A stretch of 64,000 nt of DNA from contig JBHGNT010000001.1 in the NCBI GenBank assembly GCA_043228905.1, positions 14,198,001 through 14,262,000 on the forward strand, read 5' to 3'. A program made the position numbers and the translations under genes. Shown piece after piece: positions 60,653 through 64,000 of the stretch. The notes below the pieces were generated by a model that was not told the DNA's origin, ran no database searches, and saw nothing but the letters and a program-made list of their open reading frames with translations. Every line of letters begins with the position of its first letter. Position 1 is the stretch's first letter. The DNA is from Azolla caroliniana. Its lineage: Eukaryota; Plantae; Polypodiophyta.

Positions 60653-63038
60653 TGGTGCAAGGTTCTTCACAAAGATCGACTTACAAGGAGCATATCACCT
60701 CATAGGGATCCGACTAGGAGATGAATGGAAGACCGCGTTTCACACAAGATAAGGGCACTTTGAGTATACAGTCATGCAATTTGGTCTACTAATGCACCAT
60801 TAGTCTTCCAGCACATGACAAATGATATATTCCGAGATCACTTCAATGGTTTTTCTATCATCGATTTGGATGATCTACTGGTTTATTCGAAGTCCCAAGA
60901 AGAGCATGATTCTCATGTATTACTAGTATTAGAACGGCTTCAAGAACATGGTCTTGATACAAAACTAGAAAAATCTAGTTTCAAGTGCAACCAGGTAGAA
61001 TTTCTGGGCTATGTCATCTCCTCGGAAGGCATCTCTATGAATGTAGCGAAGTTCAAAACTGTGATAGAGTGGCAGACTCCACGATAGTTGCGAGAGGTGC
61101 AATGCTTTTTAGGCTTTGACAATTTTTACCGCAAGTTTATACATGATTACTTAAAGCTTATATTGCCTCTCACACAACTTACCAAGAAGGGGTAGTCGTT
61201 TTTTTGGTCTAAAGAAGCGGACATGGCTTTTGAGAGTCTTAAGAAGGCGTTCACATCAGCTCCTATTCTAGCTCATGTTGATTTGGCAAAACCTTTCATC
61301 ATTGAGGGAGACGCGTCACATTTCGCCTAGGGTAGCATTCTATCACAACAAGGCGATGATGAAAAGCTACATCCTATGGCTTTCCACTCACGCAAGTTTG
61401 ATGCCACCGAAATCAACTATGAAATTCACGATAAAGAGCTATTAGCAATAGTGGACTCTTTTACGCAATGGAGGCATTTTCTAGAGAGATTTTCTCATCA
61501 AGTCACCGTATTCAATGATCACAAAAATATTGCCTACTTCCAGAATGCTCGTGTATTAAATCGACGTAAAGCTTGGTGGACCCAATTCCTCACTCATGTC
61601 GACTTTAAAATTACATATGGTCCTAGGAAGTAGCAAGGGAAGGCAGATGTGTTTTCGCGGCACTCGTATCTAGCACTACGTCTCGGTGAGCCAACGTTCG
61701 ATAACCGAAAGCAAGTAATCCTGGGACCGGCACGACTGCAAGCAATGCGGGTTTTCGATATGCCATTGGATTCCCACATTATCGATACCATACGTGACGA
61801 CTTCAAGACAGATGCTTTCGCTCAAGCCATTCTAGCACAAATTGATCCGTCTCGGGCATCTTGTTCACAGTCGCAACAACCATGTATGGATTATCGACAA
61901 TTCGAATGTCATGATGGATTATTATTCTTTTAGGAGCTCTTGTATGTTTGTAATGGTTCTTATCGCCTTTGAGTAGTCCAAGAGTGGCATGACATGTATA
62001 TAGCTAGGCATTTCGGTAGTATTAAAACATTAGATTCAATACAACCATCATTCTAGTGGCCCCATATGTGACAATTTGTCGAAGATTATGATTGGACATG
62101 TGATACATGTTGCAGAGCAAAGATGCCAAGATTTCATACATATAGTTTATTGGAACCAATACCAATTCCAAGCAAGTCATGGCAATCCATTGCTCTAGAT
62201 TTCATCTCACATCTTCCAGTTTCTAAGGGATTTGGTGCGATCTTGATAGTAGTAGATCGATATACGATGATGGCCCATTTCCTGCCATGTACTACGCAAA
62301 TCACTAGTGAAGAAACCGCCGAAACTGTCATGCATGAGGTATGTTGGCATGATGGCCTCCCTGATAGTATTATGAGCAACCGTGAACCCTAGTCTATCTC
62401 GAAATTCTTGAAGCACCTCTTCAAAATGCTCAAGGTCACTTGTAACCTCTCCTCCGGCTACCACCCGCAAATACACGGACAAGTAGAACACACAAATCAA
62501 ACGCTGGAACAATATCTTCGGTGTTTTCTAAGCTATCATTAAGATGATTGGGCAGATATTCTCCCATGCGATAGTTTGGATTATCGACGATTGGGTCCTT
62601 TCCATATTATCGGAAAAATCAATGATGCCGCTTTTCGTCTCGATCTACCTCCGCAACTATAGATACATCTGGTATTTCATAGTTCTCTTCTAGAACCCTA
62701 TCAGGACAACACTATCCCAGGTCGTATCAAAGCACCCCCACATCCGATTGAACTTGAAGATGGACCTGAGTACGAGGTAGCCGCCACCGGGTCCTCAATC
62801 CAAGACGACTTGTAACAATCGTCGTTTTAAAAGGGGGATAGTGTCATGATATGGCAAGATTCAAACTCATGACCTTATGTTACATGGGACGAGCCCTTGC
62901 CATTAGACTATATATTATCATACCGAGAATATTATTTTCATTTATCATTTCACTATAGAAAATTAATATATATTTCCAGATTTCTCTGGAACATTCTAGA
63001 AACTTGAGGAGTACTCTCGAAAATACTATACAAGGCAC
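60653..63038 (+). mobile_element. Chromovirus H2 (second copy of H1): pol with internal deletions and truncated LTR
   Basis: Colinear with 55195-58093; chromodomain deleted after EYEVAA; PPT then LTR from 62842 (TGTCATGATATG) to ~63038. Confidence 0.9.
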
Positions 63039-63039
63039 T

Positions 63040-63510
63040 TACCCATGAACAACTAAAGGCGGAAGGTGTGCAGATGAATTGTGCAACACATGTATTTGAA
63101 TTTTTAAGAGCTAATATGTCAACGAGTGCAAGTGGTGTTTATTCCTCGCAGATCTGAGATATCAAAAGTGAATTTTGGGAAGTGATAGGGAGAAGACCTG
63201 GGAGTGTCGAGGAATTCCCGAATTGGGATCCTTCCATGTTGTTCACGATTATTCTAGGTTGGATGGTCATAGTATTGCGGTTAGGGAATTAACTTGTTTT
63301 TGCTTCCATTGTGTGTAGGGAAATTGGAGGTATTGTTTAAACAAAACATATATTCAGAATTGGGAGTATCATACATTGAACGATAAGCAAGCAGTTGATG
63401 GAGAAATAGAAAAGAATGTTGACTTCACATATCAAGGACGTGGAGATACTCTGAGTGATGTCTTAGATGTTAGGGATAATTTTGCTATAAATGCACAAGA
63501 AGGCAATTCT
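63040..63510 (+). pseudogene. Degenerate Cys-rich protein remnant, possibly a Sola2-like DNA transposase C-terminus
   Basis: Reads HEQLKAEGVQMNCATHVFEFLRANM...FWEV...WECRGIP...RELTCFCFHCV*GNWRYCLNKTYIQNW, with stops. The family call is from memory of the CFC..C...W..C.N motif and is unverified. Confidence 0.4.
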
Positions 63511-64000
63511 ATATCTTGAAATGCACGGTGAAAAGAGAGATGATGATAGAAAAGAGAGAGAAGGAAGATATAGAAACCCAAATCTACAAAGATATATTAA
63601 TAAGGAGTGATGATCATAGAAACAAGAGAAAGAAGATACATAAACTCAAGCCTACAAGGATGAATTGATCACTAGAAAAACACACTACATGAATAGGCAA
63701 GAAAAACACCACAAGAAAAAAGCTCTCCCTCCTGTACCTCACTCTTCTTGCTTTATATGAAGTTCTCCTCTAGTAGATAAGTTTCGCTTGCTTTCTTTTC
63801 CACGCTTTTTTTAGAGCTTTTCCATCTCCTATTCTTAGCTATGACACAACGATCTTCTAATCGTCATATCTCCCTCATCCATGCTCCAAATTTAGAGTTT
63901 TAAAAAGCTACGGATAGCTCTCGTCATAAGCTTTCTAACCCATATTTACATGTTTGGGTGTCAAACGAGAGAGTTATGAGCGTTTGTTTCTGACTGCTTT

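Noticed and set aside
63515-64000. Possible further LTR fragment (GA-rich then CT-rich, short direct repeat)
   Set aside because: No partner LTR, PBS, PPT or TSD within the window.

Overview
Eukaryotic, not bacterial: a repeat-dominated region of a large plant genome. The mix of Tcn1-like chromovirus, RTEX-like LINE, non-chromovirus Gypsy and a possible Sola-like remnant suggests a non-seed plant such as a fern or lycophyte (inference). There is one apparently intact host gene, an intronless F-box gene at 13185-14486 (-). Almost everything else is nested, decayed transposable elements: about nine Ty1/copia copies or fragments, five Ty3/gypsy copies or fragments, three solo LTRs, two LINE remnants, one long-TIR MITE and a 3 x 1.77 kb tandem duplication. 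LTR ends, PBS, PPT and target-site duplications (TSDs) were read by eye. Best leads: (1) copia elements that keep gag-PR-INT but lack RT-RNaseH, including a young copy with ~99% identical LTRs whose pol frame runs into a T-poor minisatellite encoding a basic tail; (2) tRNA-like Pol III A/B-box cassettes in three unrelated LTR families; (3) a 56-bp-periodic hairpin array in a Gypsy 5' leader, conserved in two copies; (4) a stem-loop enclosing the PPT/U3 junction; (5) a new 59-bp inverted duplication in one LTR; (6) a MITE sitting exactly at a large deletion junction. No database searches or alignments were run, and identities are eye estimates.
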